Made by a program: the position numbers and the translations under genes. DNA of 64,000 nucleotides, taken from contig NC_135660.1 in the NCBI RefSeq assembly GCF_964188315.1, forward strand, positions 61,938,001 to 62,002,000, given 5' to 3'. Shown one piece after another: positions 37,925 through 51,985 of this stretch. The notes beneath the pieces are model-generated. The model had not been told where the DNA came from. It did no database searches and saw only the letters and a list, made by a program, of their open reading frames with translations. Source of the stretch: Podarcis muralis. Lineage: Eukaryota. The first letter of the stretch is position 1; each line of letters opens with the position of its first letter.

Positions 37925-38351
37925 GAATAAAAATAATAATTTTATAATTTATACCCTATCCATCTTGCTGGGTTTCCCCAGCTAATCTGGGCGGCTCCTT
38001 GCAGAATAATAAAAAACACAATAAAACATCAAACATTAAAAACTTCCCTAAACAGGGCTGCATTCAGATGTCTTCTAGAAGTCAAATAGTTGTTTGTTTC
38101 TTTGACATCTGAAGGGAGGGTGTTCCACAGGGACGGCGCCACTACTGAGAAGGCCCTCTGCCTGGTTCCCTGTAACTCTGCTTCTCACATTGAGGGAACT
38201 AGCAGAAGACCCCTGGAGAAGGACCTCAGTGTCCAGGTAGAACGATGGGGGTGGAGACGCACCTTCAGGTATACTGGGCTGAGGCCATTTAGGGCTAAAG
38301 GTCAGCACCAACACTTTGAATTGTGCTCAGAAAAGCACTGGGAGTCATATA
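37925..38351 (-). mobile_element. L2 LINE 3' end
   Basis: ttccacagggacggcgccactactgagaaggccct and tcagcaccaacactttgaattgtgc are typical reversed L2 ORF2-end sequence. Confidence 0.8.
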
Positions 38352-38711
38352 AGGTAAAGGTAAAGGTACCCCTGCCCGTACGGGCCAGTCTTGACAGACT
38401 CTAGGGTTGTGCGCCCATCTCACTCTAGAGGCCGGGGGCCAGCGCTGTCCGCAGACACTTCCGGGTCACGTGGCCAGCGTGACAAGCTGCATCTGGCGAG
38501 CCAGCGCAGCACACGGAAACGCCGTTTACCTTCCCGCTAGTAAGCGGTCCCTATTTATCTACTTGCACCCGGGGGTGCTTTCGAACTGCTAGGTTGGCAG
38601 GCGCTGGGACCGAGCAGCGGGAGCGCACCCCGCCACGGGGATTCGAACCGCCGACCTGACGATCGGCAAGTCCTAGGCGCTGAGGTTTTACCCACAGCGC
38701 CACCCGCGTCC
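38352..38711 (-). mobile_element. Sauria SINE (young subfamily C)
   Basis: 14-bp TSD ctgggagtcatata at 38338-38351 and 38712-38725; intact A and B boxes; CpG-rich. Confidence 0.96.
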
Positions 38712-39197
38712 CTGGGAGTCATATAGTGGTGTTTTACTATTCAATATTTTTTTACATGTTTTTATCATTTTTAGTTGTTTTAAATTTTTCTGCACTATTT
38801 TTTTTGTTTATTTTGATGTTCTTTTATTGTAATTAAACACACACACATACTGTTTATATGGTATTTTATGTCCATGCTTTATTTTTATACTTCCAGATTT
38901 TCACTTCTATCTGCATTGTCCAGATAACATTTTCTGAAAGAGCAGTAAAAAGGTCAAAGAGCAGTACAGTAATGCAAATAAATAAAGGATGACTTTATTT
39001 ATAGCCTGCCTTTCTTCCATAATGAAATTTAAGGCAGAATGCATGGGGTTCCCATCCAGGCTCTGACCAGACCCAGACCAACAAGATGGTCCTCAGACCA
39101 TGACCCACTTGCAATTTCTTTGTAAATGAAAACTGTGATTCCCAGTATGATTTGTGCTTCCATAGGCTAACCATGGAAGTATGAAATACATTCAGTC

Positions 39198-39381
39198 CTT
39201 GGACTCAGCTATACAGCAATAAATAAAACATTTTAAATGTTTTGTAAGGTGCAATATACAAATGTGACAATAGACGGTGACAGTGAGCTATGCCAAATTC
39301 AGTGTATTTTTCAAACCTTTTTTTTTAAAAAAAAAATAGTATTTTCACAGCAGTTTTTATATGTGTGTAGATTCCACCCTT
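39198..39381. mobile_element. MITE copy 2 (family of 31857-32030)
   Basis: Same orientation and co-linear sequence. Confidence 0.65.
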
Positions 39382-39675
39382 GTCACAGACAGCTCTAGCA
39401 AGTTTGCAGATTCATTTATTATTCTATATGGCAAAAGTTGCTGCTGAAATAAAACATTACGTAGGGATATATTATGAGGGATAATCTGATTCAGAATGCA
39501 TTATAAAGCTGAAGTCTAAATGGATCAAAACTGCCTGTGGGAGCAATTCCATTGAAACAACATTCCAGATTCAGCCTAAGAGAATTGATTGATTTTGATG
39601 AAGCTCAGAGATGTTAGTTCCTGTGGTTATGTTATAATTGATATGTGACTATAAAGACGGTTTAAACTAGATTTA

Positions 39676-39761
39676 GATTACAATCCTATTACTTAGGAGT
39701 AAGTCCCATTGAACTCAATGGGGCTTACTTCTGAGTAGACATGTGTAGGACTGTGCTGTTA
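39676..39761. mobile_element. Short palindromic MITE
   Basis: gagtaagtcccattgaactcaatggggcttacttc inverted core. Confidence 0.6.
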
Positions 39762-41471
39762 GAGCAGCTAATTGAAATGTGTTATCTAAATAATATCTGT
39801 ATTTTATCATCTTGGTGGAATTAAATGCACAGTTTCAGAAGGCAAAATGAATGAGTTTGTATAATAAAAACAATGGATTTGAAATTGCAGCACTGCACAT
39901 TCTCCCTATCTCACAGTACATTTGCAATAGCTCCATGGTGCATAATTAAAAAATTAGTTCTGTCTCTCCCACCCCCCAGCTCCCTAGTACAGCATCAGAA
40001 TTATAGCACCTTATTACATGTTATGTTTTTCTATTATTTGGTAATGTTGTTGCTTAGATACAAAATGATATTGTGTACATTAGGCAAAAAGAAAAAGTAA
40101 CACATATTAAGAAACCAAGGCTCATGAATGAAAGATGGCAAGATATTTTGAACTGCAGGAAATTTTAATCACAATGTTTGTAAGAATGAGGCCTAACAAA
40201 TGATCTTAACTACATAGACAACAGAAGCTGAATCAATTTAAATGCATTGTGGAACCCTTTAGTTTGGTAGATCTCATAGTTTAGATTTTGCTGCGTCGAA
40301 GTTTGTGGGCCTCTAATAAGTGTTTATATGCTGACGCTTTTTTTTTATTGCTGTGCCAAACCCTATTTCCTTGCAATGGTATCATGAGGTAAATGAATAT
40401 TCACATAGAAGGCCAAACAAAACTGAGCACAGAAAACAGAAATTGTGGAGGAAAGAATTGAAGTTACTAGAACTTACTTTGCTTTCATAAATAAATGCCG
40501 AATGTTATCTGCCTTTTGCACAAGGGTGCAATAGGCAGCCATTGCTGTTTGAAAATATTCAAATATCCATTCCACCATTCAATGTAAGTTTTTTGTTCTA
40601 GCCATGTTCATGACAAACCCACAGCAACAGTATGAATAAAATACAGATCATACATCCATAATATGAACCAACATCCCCAATGGAAGAACAACCATGATGT
40701 AAGAGAAATGTTACCAGAGACACCAACAAACCCAAATCCAGTTTAATTTCAGATTAAACCTCTGAATCAGCACAACAATTTATAGCAATTTTATTTAATT
40801 TCTTATTTTCTGATTCTCACCCCCCCCCTTTTTTTGCAGCCAGTGCATAGAGGGTCACTCTGTGTTTTATGAAACTATTATTGTCACTCAAAAGAAATTG
40901 AGCTATTTCTACTGGACTGTCCCTGGTTGCTTGTGTGAACACAGATTTCAGAAAATGATCTCTTCAGTCTCTATATAAAGAGCAGGCTACTGCCAGTCTG
41001 TAAAGATAATATTGAGCTAGATGGACCAATAACTTGACTCAGTATAATGGATTTCCCAATGTTCTAGAATAAACACATTGGAATGAATAGAACTGCTATT
41101 TAGATGGGTCTGCACTGAGCATGACTAACACTGACTAACCCATGTAGTTAGTATGGCTAACATTAGCTAATGCTGATAGAAAAGTTACATCAAAGTGTGT
41201 CTTCAGGAATGTACCAATATATTGCCCCATAAACATAAAACATAATTCATTTGTTTTGGCATAATTCATTTAAATATATTTGTTCTCAGCACACATGTTA
41301 ATCTATGTGTTATAATCTGCTCTAAGGCAAAGACGCACTGCCGGTGAGTTTTCAGTCTGGAAACCAGAATTGTATTCTGATAAATTCACTGAACCTTGAA
41401 GCTGCAATAGCTAATAAGTGCTTAAAACACTTTCTTCAAATCTTACCAAGGCCTGTTGTTGTTTAGCATCT

Positions 41472-42339
41472 TTATAAATGCTCATCAAATTTGCAGATGA
41501 CACCAAACTAGGAGGGGTAGCTAATGCTGTAGAAGACAGAATCAGGATTCAATATGACCTTAACAGATTGGAGAACTCATCTCAAACTAAGAAAATGAAT
41601 TTCAGTAGGGACAAATGTCAGGTTCTGAACTGAGGCAGGAAGAACCAGTTGCACAAATATAAGGTGGAGGACACCTGGCTTACTAATAGTACATGTGAAA
41701 AGGATCTAGATGTCTTAGAAGACCACAAGCAGTGATGCAGCAGCAAAAAAAGCTAATGCTATTCTGGTGGCATTGACAAAAGTATTGTGTCATGATCAAG
41801 GGAAGTCATAGTGCCACTCTATTCTGCCTTGGTCAGATCACACCTGGAGTACTGTGTCCACTTCTGGGTGCCACAATTTAAGAAGGATATTGACAACCCA
41901 TGAGCAGAGGAGGGCAACTAAGATGATCAAGGGTCTGTTAACCCAGCCTTATGAGGAACTGTTGAGGTAGTTTGGTATGTTTAGCCTGTGAAAGAGGCTA
42001 AACTGAGAGGAAATATGCTAGCCATCTTCAAATATCTAAAGGGCTGTGACATGGAAGACGGAGCAAGCTTGCTTTCTCCTGCTCTGGAGGATATGACTCG
42101 AACCAATGGCTTCAAATTACAAGAAGGGAAATTCTGATAAAACATCAAGAAGAATTTCCTGACAGTTCAGCAGTGGAACAGACTTCCTTGGGAGTTTGTG
42201 GACTCTTCTTCATTGGAGGTTTTTAAGCAGAGGTTGCATGGCCATCTGTCATGGATGCTTTAGTTGAGATTTCTGTTTTACTCGGGGTTGGGCTAGATGA
42301 CCCTCGGAGTCCCTTCCAACACTACAATTCTGTGATTCT
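41472..42339 (+). mobile_element. CR1 LINE 3' portion (RT motif to 3' UTR)
   Basis: LIKFADDTKLGG motif (atcaaatttgcagatgacaccaaactaggagg); terminus cccttccaacactacaattctgtgattctg. Confidence 0.93.
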
Positions 42340-45300
42340 GCAAACATGCTATGGGAGTCTCTTTGGCTTCCTCAATAATGTATTTGAAGGGCCTGCCTCC
42401 CAAAGGTAATTCAAATGGTGTGTCTGTGTCACATCATGTGATTGATTATGTGGGGTGGGACTTACATGCGATCCCCAAATATTTTATTCAAGTTGGCATC
42501 CCTGACTGGATATATGGCAAATCAATACTTTACAGGGTTTTCAGACGGCCCAGAAAACTCCCTCCACTCCCAACTGGCCTTCCAAGCATGTTTATTAGGT
42601 GGGAGATGGTCAGTTTGAATTGTGCTCTTTCTGGCTATGTTAATGCATTTTTAAATAGAGCAATGCCACATCATCATTTAAAAATTGTTTTATTTTTTTC
42701 TTCTGCCCCCCCCCCCCCATTTTGTAACCCACTTTGGATAAGTTCCTGCTCAGAAAAGAGGTATAATGATGACAATAATAATAATAATATGATAATAATA
42801 AGGCGTGTTTGCATACATACATATCTGCTGCTCAAAGAAAGAAGTTCAGATACCGCATGTGCATGGCTCTTTGGAACATTGCTAAGGTCTCTTAATGTAC
42901 ATTTCAATTCCTTATTTTATTTTTCTTTTAAAGGCTTTCCCCTTTTATTTAGACATTGCCAGAGAGCATTACAGATACAATAAAGGATAGTGAAGTGGTA
43001 AACTCAAGCACCCAAAGTCTGCAGTGAAGCTACATGGTTGGTACTTGTGTTAATGAGGCATCATTTCCATTAAAAGCTCAAGAGTCAGGAACCTTGAGGA
43101 ATAAAGGGAAGGGAAAAAAGCCAACAACTTGGTGGCTAAAGATATGACTTGCAAAGCAATTGCAATTGGCTCCAGGCTTCCTTCTTACCAGGTACACAGA
43201 CTAGAATAGATTAAAAAGTAATGCTATGGAAGGCATAAACTATAAGTACATTAAATGGTTAGCAGGTGATGTTTTCAGATAGGCATTTTAGAAAGATTTA
43301 TTTTCCCCAAGGCTAGAATTATTCCCCCCCTCCCTATTCCTGATAACTTTAGGTGTAAAATTCTCTGATGAAAAAGTATAGCTTTGAGGAAATTATCTTC
43401 ATTTTCTCTGCCACCTTGTCACAAAATAAATGCATGTATACGCCCACAGAGTTGTGTATCAAATTCAAAAGACCAAGTGTGATGGTTGTACATCAATCAT
43501 TCTTTCAATATTGATTTGTGGTTTCCAAGCAATCAATAAAGAACAAATGATAATTGAAGCCATTTGAAAGGGAACTTTCCCCTGTACAGGTCACATTCTA
43601 GAAAAGCTAAATTGGTTTAATGAGATTCAGTCCTCTAAATGACGCCAGTTTCAAAATATGTCGTATATTATTGCAATAAAGGCTATATATGGTAGCTGTA
43701 AATTATACAGATCTGCAACAGGTTCTGTAACTGAAGGGATTTGGTGAAAGATAGACACACTATTTCCCACCCTTTTCAACTTAAAATTTTTTTTTATTTA
43801 AGATGAAGTAGGAGTCTTTAAAACCCTACTGTACTTCAAGGGAAGAAAGACCAGCAACATTTGCATGGCTTTTCCTACACGGCCTGATCCAGATCTTCAT
43901 ACTATGTTGGCCCAACCAATTGGAATGTGAGTGTTGGGAGTTGTCCTGGTTCACCCAGTGACTAATGGGCTTTTCTAGCAAAAGGAAGGTATAGCCAGGA
44001 AAGCTGCTGCCAGGAGACTCAGGTGCTCTGCTGCTAATTCTCACATTCTGCTAATGCAGTTTCCCATATTTAAGCAGGCTCAAGCTGTCTTTCCTGCAAT
44101 AAAAGTGCTGGGTTCTTTAAGGGTTTCACAGACTGGGCCGTTAGACAATTCAACACATTCTTGAAAGCGTGGTCCTCAAGTCCTCAGAAATAAAAAACAC
44201 CTTCAACTCTGGCAGATACTGCTGAGCATTCTGCACTTAAAAGATAGAAATCCTGTCATCTGTGAAATGATTATGAATCATTTTCCATTAGCAAAGGGGG
44301 GGGGGGGGAATGTCAAGAAAGAGAAAAAAAGCCAAAGAGCCAATAATTTAACAAGTAGTTAAATCCATGTTGATGCCATCTATTCTTGGTCTTTTTGGCC
44401 AAGCACGTTGCATATTTTCAGTACTGAATGCAAGAAATGAACAGATGGTTAAATAGATAAAATAACAAAACATCTTGCTAATATCACTATATTAATACAT
44501 TCGGCTTTTTCTCACAGTAAGGGCTAGCACCTTAGCGCATCAAGCAAATGTGGAACAGCTCATTTCAGGCATATGAAAAAGGAAGAAAACTGTGTTGCTC
44601 CATAAGGGAAAACAACAACTTCCAAATCTGCAGTTGGGCAATACCTTTATTAGGAGAAGTATGTGGCAAGCTTTCAAGTTCTTCAATTCAGGTTGCAGAT
44701 CCCAGAGGGGGTGCCATTTTTCTGCCTCCTGGGTGACATCTATGGTGTAATTAACTATGACCTCCAGTTCACAGGTGTATATGTGATGGGAAAGTTATTT
44801 CAACTATTACCTAACACTAGCTCAGCTCACAATACCCATTGTATAAGTAGAGTACCAATATAAGGTAGAGAAATCACATGTATTCCAGCCTAATTTGGAA
44901 TGGTGAGGATAGTACACTGCACAGATTCATTTTTGCCTGACCCTCCCGCAATTCTTTATTAATGTTTTCCTATCACATTTACAAAGGAATCAAATATATT
45001 GCCTGCACTGTGGCTTACATTTGTTTGCAGACAGTCCAGTTCTGCCAAGATGAGCTGTGGCTTGCATACTTCCTTTAGATAAGGCTCTCCTCCTCAAAAT
45101 GAAATTTTATTTGACTGGCCTTAGTGCTCTTAGTACTTTCCTTCTCAACATGTTTCCTAAGTTTGAGATTTCTTTGAGCATAAAAGGTTGGACTAGCATA
45201 ATACTCTTGTCTTGACCCATCTTTAGTACAAGGCAATTGATGGATGCCTCACTTCTTTCTCTAATCAGATCCATGGACTATTGGCAAACCTTTACATTTG

Positions 45301-46735
45301 TGCTCCATGGAATTGCTGTAGAATAACATTTGGCTCCTAAACTAGACTTGATGCCTCCACAGAGGCTTTTCTGATTGGATTTTTCTCTGAACAGAGCTCT
45401 TGCCTATCAGTCAACTGTCAGCTTTAACTGACTAAGATTAAGTAGTTGCTGATATGTACCACAGAGAGTGCAAGGAAATGGACAAGAGAATACACAGGAC
45501 TTTATTTCAGAAGTCTGAAATCAATATTTCTAAAACTGTGTTGCATCCCTGAAATCTTTCGACTGCATGAAACAAGAAGGGTTAATGAAAGTACTGAGCA
45601 AAAAACAAAAAAAACCACACACTGAACACCTCAGGATCTTAGTGTACTTTTAAGTACTTTGTGCTAAAATGCATAATGAATCTTAAATATAATTAGGCTT
45701 TTTGGTTATTGTTGTTGTTTTAATAAGAAAAGTCTATATTCCAATCACAGTATAAGAACATATCTATGCCAAGTGTCTGATGTACTGAAAATAAAAAAGT
45801 ATCACATTGAATATACAGTTTTCAGTATATCTTTAATAGTAATTTTAGAAAACTCTAGGTCTTTCTAGCTTGAAGGCTGGCAGGCACGTCCAATATGGAA
45901 GTATTTGCACTGAGCATATTTAGCCCTCAAATCAACAGTTGCCAGGGGGGAGCACCATCATCAAGATTCAGTTCAGATACAGATATGGCACTTTGAGAAG
46001 CAGCTCGTATCATCCTGAGGTGCTTCATAGTCTTCCTGGTTTGACTCAGGGTCCGGATCCCACTCTGCCTCAGGAAGAACCAACTTTTACCATCTCTATT
46101 GTTGAAGCCTCTTTTGCAGGATAGGAAAACTTCTGAGAAATTTCAGCACACCACTTGCTCTAACCACAAGTTTGATTCATGTGCTGTAGTTGTACAGTCT
46201 TGGGTTCCTGTTTATGTACTTCCTCTCAACTGTCTTCCTTTGTACTTTCACAAGCCTCTGCTACGCCTGCACCAGCTGAAACCTTTACTGCATCGAGATC
46301 ATTATGTGATTTCTTCTATGCCAAACTTTTTCAATTCAACAGTCCCTTTTACCTGGGGCTTTTGTCCTATGGCTACTATCTATAGTATATTCGTGACATA
46401 TTAAACCATTAGCTTCCTGCAAGCTGTTTCCTGTAACACAAGCAGACGGCATGCCTTCAGATCCACTGCCAATTCAAAGCAATGCTAGAATATACTCTGC
46501 CTCTTGCTCCCACTACTGTTCATGCCAGCTTCAGAAAGAAGCTGAGTATTGCTCCTCTTGCTTACATCAGTGTTTGAGTTTGAGAGAATTCAGAACAGGC
46601 AGTGCTGCTGATGCTAATACTTTTACTACTGCCATTACCAGACCCACCAGTCATTTGTCTAAACCTATCAGTAGGGTTGGGGGCCAGGGCACCCGATGAC
46701 TTGCCAGGTGCATGTGCCTCTCATGAATAAGAGTG

Positions 46736-46757
46736 GTGTGTGTGTGTGTGTGTGTGT
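46736..46757. repeat. (GT)n microsatellite
   Basis: Directly visible. Confidence 0.9.
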
Positions 46758-49700
46758 AGTGCTTAAAAGGGGCTAAAATTAACCAGTTCACTCTGGCAGA
46801 GTCAGAGAAAGGCACACACGCAACTGGGGGCTGGGCCTGAGTGCACAAGAGAAACAAGCGAAGTGAAAAATAAGATAAAATAGCTCAGTTTAATTGAAAA
46901 AGATTCACATGTGAAGTCCCAGATCTAGAGTGGGGCAAGGATAAAAACTCTACTAAAAAGGAAAATACAGGAAGAACAAACTGAACACCACACATGAATA
47001 CTAGCCCTAAAACTGAAAGTAGGAGAAAAGAGGAATAAGACTGCACACTAATAAAAAAAACTGTGCAGAAGTACTGGAACAGAAAAAAACAGAATGAAAA
47101 TAAAGGTGGTAGATGTAATGCGTTATTTCTAGTAGACTGAAAATGATTCAGAAGTATAGTCAGTAGGAAGAGGGATACCACCTAATCCAGCAGAACTCTT
47201 CTATGTCTGCTCAGGAGAGAAAACTTGCTAAAGAACAATGAGCATTTGAGACAAATACATATATGTTTCTCTCAACTTCTCTCCCATGAAGCATTGTGAT
47301 TGGACATCCCTGTTAAATTCTAAACCTCTCAGTCAAAATGGCCTATCCCTCCTTCCCTCTCTGCCCACACTTTCCCACTCATTCAAGGCATTTCTTGTAA
47401 ACTTGGTTTCCTTTGTCACAAAAAAATGATAGCAATAGGTAGGTGGTGGGTTGCAACCAAGTCATCAGAATAGAACAAAGCTTTTGGGATTCCCCACTTC
47501 AACTTATGGGACCTTGTCTCACCTGGGACAAGCCCTGAAATGCTATGGGGCACCCTGGTTCAGAAGCCACCGCTAAAAAAACAAAAATACAAGCACTCTA
47601 GAACAGAGGCAGATGAACTTCAAGCTTGAGAGATCTATTTTGCATTTTGCTAGACCCCAAGATCCACCAGCTGAAGACAAAATAGTGGCTTAGGACAAGG
47701 GGCAGACAGCCACTTAAAATTAAGGAAGAGGGCGTCTGAGTGAATCTTAGTACAGGATTTCATTTTGGTACTGAGGTCACAACTCTTTCACTCAAAATGC
47801 ATTCTTGATCCTGCCCCTCACCCCACCCCCCCAAAACCCCAAGCCATGTGTTCCAGCAACTTAATTTGGAAAAAGGTTGTTGACATTTTTAAAACTGGGA
47901 ATCAGAAACCCTTGGTGATCTTCTGCATATCATCCCAAGATCAACTGCCCACTTCAGATTTATATTGTAATTAAGGCCTTGCATATAACAATGACACCTG
48001 TATTATTTACAGGAGTTTTCTCTCACTTTACAACACTGTCAGCTGTACTACTTTCAGTGCTGAATTTCAGTTCAATCTGAATTAATATGGTGGAATTTTA
48101 AAACTATTCAGAAATTGAGTTTATAAAATGTTAAGAAAGGCCTCCAGCTGCATGAAATCCATGGGGTGCAATATAATTAGAGCTTGGAAAAGTTTTAGCT
48201 GTGACAAATAATTCTGCTGACACTGATACATCTTAACATTGAGGTAGGAGAATCTGGAGTGAAATTGGGAGCTGGACAAAGCAGCAGTAATACTTTAGTA
48301 ACTTTCCACAGCTGTGTAGCTGCTTTTCTTGTAGCTAAAATCATATTGGTAGAAACCAACCTAAGAATCAATACATTCCAGTAACATTTTACTACAATGT
48401 TTCTGCAGATTAGCAATGGACTACATTAGGATTGTTGATGTTCAAACTCTTAGATTTTAACTAAAGTTTTGGGGAAAGGGAAGAAAAGCACTCTTGTAGA
48501 CACGTTGGGTTGCATGCAATCCCACTCTGTTACAATAATGCAAGTAGGATTGCACCCTAATCTCAAGAACCAATAGGAGGAAATCCACATTCATCATATT
48601 TAAAATAGCAAACATTACTTTGAATGTGCCTAGAAACTTAATGGCATGTATCCACTTAAGGAATGCTTCTCTAAATGGATGTAGTAAATAAATAGTTACA
48701 AGAAGTATAATTTGATGTAGTTATCAGTAGAAAGGAGCTTCACTGATAACCACATGTAAATCAAATATGTACTATCATGGGAGAAACATGTATGCGATTG
48801 TACTTAGACATTCTGGACCTGAGACAATTCCTTTCTCTCCTCTACCCAGTGTCTCTTTGTTCCCCTTTCAGTATTTTTCTGTCTACTTCCCTGCCTGCAT
48901 CTGGTCCCTGAGATCCATTGCCATAAATTTTTTTGGTCTTTTTTTCTTAATGCACCATTTATTTATTTATGTTTGGAAGGAAGATGTCTTGTACCAACTT
49001 AGACAAAGGTCCATCTAGCTAACTATTGTCTACACTGTAGGACTGCCCTCCTGTGGAGAACTATTTATCTACAGTGACTTGCCATGCAGAAAAGGCTCCT
49101 TTCACCCAGCAACATTTTGGGTATGTGTTTAAGGACTTCTAGGATGCAAAGGGATTTACAATTTTTTAAATCTCAATTCATCCTCACAAATGGGCATTTA
49201 AAAGGGTACAAGTCTCCATTATGGAAGGGCCTTAGTTTTTCATTGACATTATATAAAAAGGATAGCTGAAAGTTTATCTGCCATGCCTCTCCTATGAAGC
49301 AAGGGTAAGTCATGAAAAATAGGAATTTTCTGCCCGATTGCCTAGAAAGCCTTCAATGTGACATTTCAGTTAAGGAGACAGATTAGTGCTCCTAAAAACT
49401 ATGGACACAGAAATGTCACAACAGTCATTATCCATTTGTATGTAACTATTCTATTTGTATTTAGACGTTTGATCTCCTTGAAGATACATGGGTCAGTGGT
49501 TTCTTTTTGGAGTCAGATGACCTTAGTGTAGTTTGAAACAAAGGCAGGTCTGTCCTGAGACATTTATACTTTTAAACAAAGTGTAGATCTGGTTCCGTAG
49601 AACATTTGACTAATGATTTCAAGTGTTGTGAATTTGGAATCATATATGTCATATCAATAGTCCTAAATATCCAATTGTCCATTTTAAAAAGTTTAAGTTA

Positions 49701-49769
49701 CATTTTTATCACAATCATGGTTGTGGTGGCACTTTAGGGCAGAGCAGTACTTTACTTCAGCAAACACAA

Positions 49770-49922
49770 CAACAAGAAGAACAAATGGGCTGTAATCTGA
49801 AGTTTGCTCCAATTGGCAGTGGCCCTGTGACAATTTAGCCAGTTGTAATTGGAGATGCCAGGGACCAAAACTGGGACATTTGGTATGCAGAACATGCACA
49901 CCACTGAGCTACAGCTCTTCCT
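49770..49922 (-). mobile_element. Old tRNA-derived SINE
   Basis: ggagatgccagggaccaaaactgggac..caccactgagctacagc is a reversed tRNA-like head. Confidence 0.55.
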
Positions 49923-51153
49923 TTTCTTCTGCATTCTTTCCTCCCCATCCATTTTACTCCCAGTTTCCCCTAGTTAGGCTCCCACAGTTGGCAATTGGTC
50001 TTGGATGGAGGTGAAGGAAAGCCACTCCCACTTTTGTCCTTCCTGAAAATGTTCCCATGCCTTCTATTCTAGAAACACTGCACTGGGAACCTAGTTTGCA
50101 TGAGGTAACATGTCTAGCACTTGGAACTGACTTCTTTAGTCTTCGAATTCACATTTTTGCCCTGGCTATAATATGGTTAGTTCATAATTTGGGGAATTAA
50201 AGACCCTTGACACCTGAGGTAAATATTTTAGGGCTCACTCAAATTCTTTCATCTGTGACATGTTTTAACTGATTTCATTTTTGTTTGTTTTTTAAATTGT
50301 TGTAACCCACCCAGGGACCTCATAGTGAGAAATGGGTAACAGTATTAATAAAAAATAAATGTGAACTGCTCATTTACTACATTGAAGTATGAAACCAACA
50401 ATTCACGACAATTGCCAAACCTTCAAATGGCAATTCCAGGCTAGGAACTCAATTGTAAACACTAAAAAAGAACCTGTGTACATGCATGAAGAAATGTTTA
50501 AGATTATTTCATTTCGATTAATTAGGTTGGTTACACTGAAACTTTGTCATAAAATGCCTCTGATCTCATAATTTAGGCCAGCAAACAGGAAAACAACAAA
50601 TCATTTAGAGTCATTTAATTTATTTTCTTGTGTGCAACACATCAGGAAAAGAACAATCTAGATTGTAATCCACCTCAACTAACATGCACTCAGGGTTTTT
50701 TGTTTTGCTAAGGAAAGTGATACATGTGATATAAGACGATTTAATCTAGAAGCTGCAGGAAAGATGACAAGTGGATGAAAAGCAGCCAAGTCAAACAAAA
50801 GCACATGCCATAGATGCTCTGATACAAACTGACTACTGCCTTTCTGGAAAGAAAACACAGAAGTTAATGCTGACGCTGAAAGGCAACAGGCTGAGATCAG
50901 AAATACATTTTCATTAACAAAAATTACATGGCACCAGCTCAATCAGATACACAAGGAACAGAATGTAGAGCAATGGGCTTACATTCTTCATGTGAACATA
51001 GGAAACGGAAGCAATAAAGATTAATTCAGAATGTGTTACTACTTGATGTACCCCTTAACAAAGTCTTCGACAAGCCATCTGGAGGACATAGGAGCTATTT
51101 TATCCTTGGACTGACAAATTCCACCACACACACAAATACACAATCATGTAAAC

Positions 51154-51445
51154 CAGGAATGGAGAAAACCTTTCAGCCTGAGGGATGCATACCTTTGTGG
51201 GCAGCCTTTTAGGAGCTGTATCCCAGTAGTGGGCAGGGCCAGAGGAAAATGTGGGCAGAGCAAGGAATGTAAATTTTACCTCCATACATCAGAATAGATT
51301 TGCACATACAATCCTTCACCCAGGCAGACAAGAGACATAATCAGGGTCCAATACAAGGGAGGTTCATTGAGGGTGTGGCCTAGGGATAATGGGCATGGCT
51401 AAGGAGGAGATACAACTTTGGGAGAGTCTTGAGGATCAGACAGAG
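51154..51445. mobile_element. hAT non-autonomous element
   Basis: Co-linear with both halves of 21602-22838. Confidence 0.5.
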
Positions 51446-51850
51446 AAGGCTGCTGTAAATACTTGACATATAGGAATGCATACCGAAGGAGCTGGCATTA
51501 AATTCCATTATTGTAGCTGTACTGAAATAGCAGCTGGCATCCTTCATGCTAGCATCTATTTACAACTGTATGAACCAAAGCATGGTTTAATGATGATGAA
51601 GAGACAGAACATTTCTTTGCTTTTCAAGTTGTGTCACACAAACTGTTGCATTTTCAATGGTCTCTGTGTAGCTACCTGTTCATATGCACCAGTGCTTAAA
51701 CAGGTAACAGTCTAACAGTAAAATCAACTTGGCAGCCATGTACAACTGAGTAAACTGGAACAACCATACATTTATAAAAGAGAGCAAGTCAAAATGACTT
51801 AAAATCTCTACCTTGCCACAGGCAGCCCAATAGCAAAGAACACATAAATT

Positions 51851-51985
51851 GTAGGTGGCTGTGTTGGTCTATTAGGAACAAAAAAAATCCAGAATATCCC
51901 CAGTAGCATGATACCTTTACTAGGACCAAGTGAAAACCACAAACTAGCGAGCTTTCAGGTTCTCCAGAACTCTTCTTCTGACATG
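51851..51985 (-). mobile_element. Penelope-like terminal repeat remnant (second family)
   Basis: gtaggtggctgtgttggtct end; minus-strand cAgaaga-agagttctggagaacct-GAAA-gc-TC is a hammerhead-like motif with a broken core. Confidence 0.55.

Noticed and set aside
45960-46090. Minus-strand peptide EAEWDPDPESNQEDYEAPQDD, resembling SLP-76-family YExP motifs
   Set aside because: No credible donor, the frame closes soon after, and no companion exons were found; more likely a GA-rich LTR remnant.
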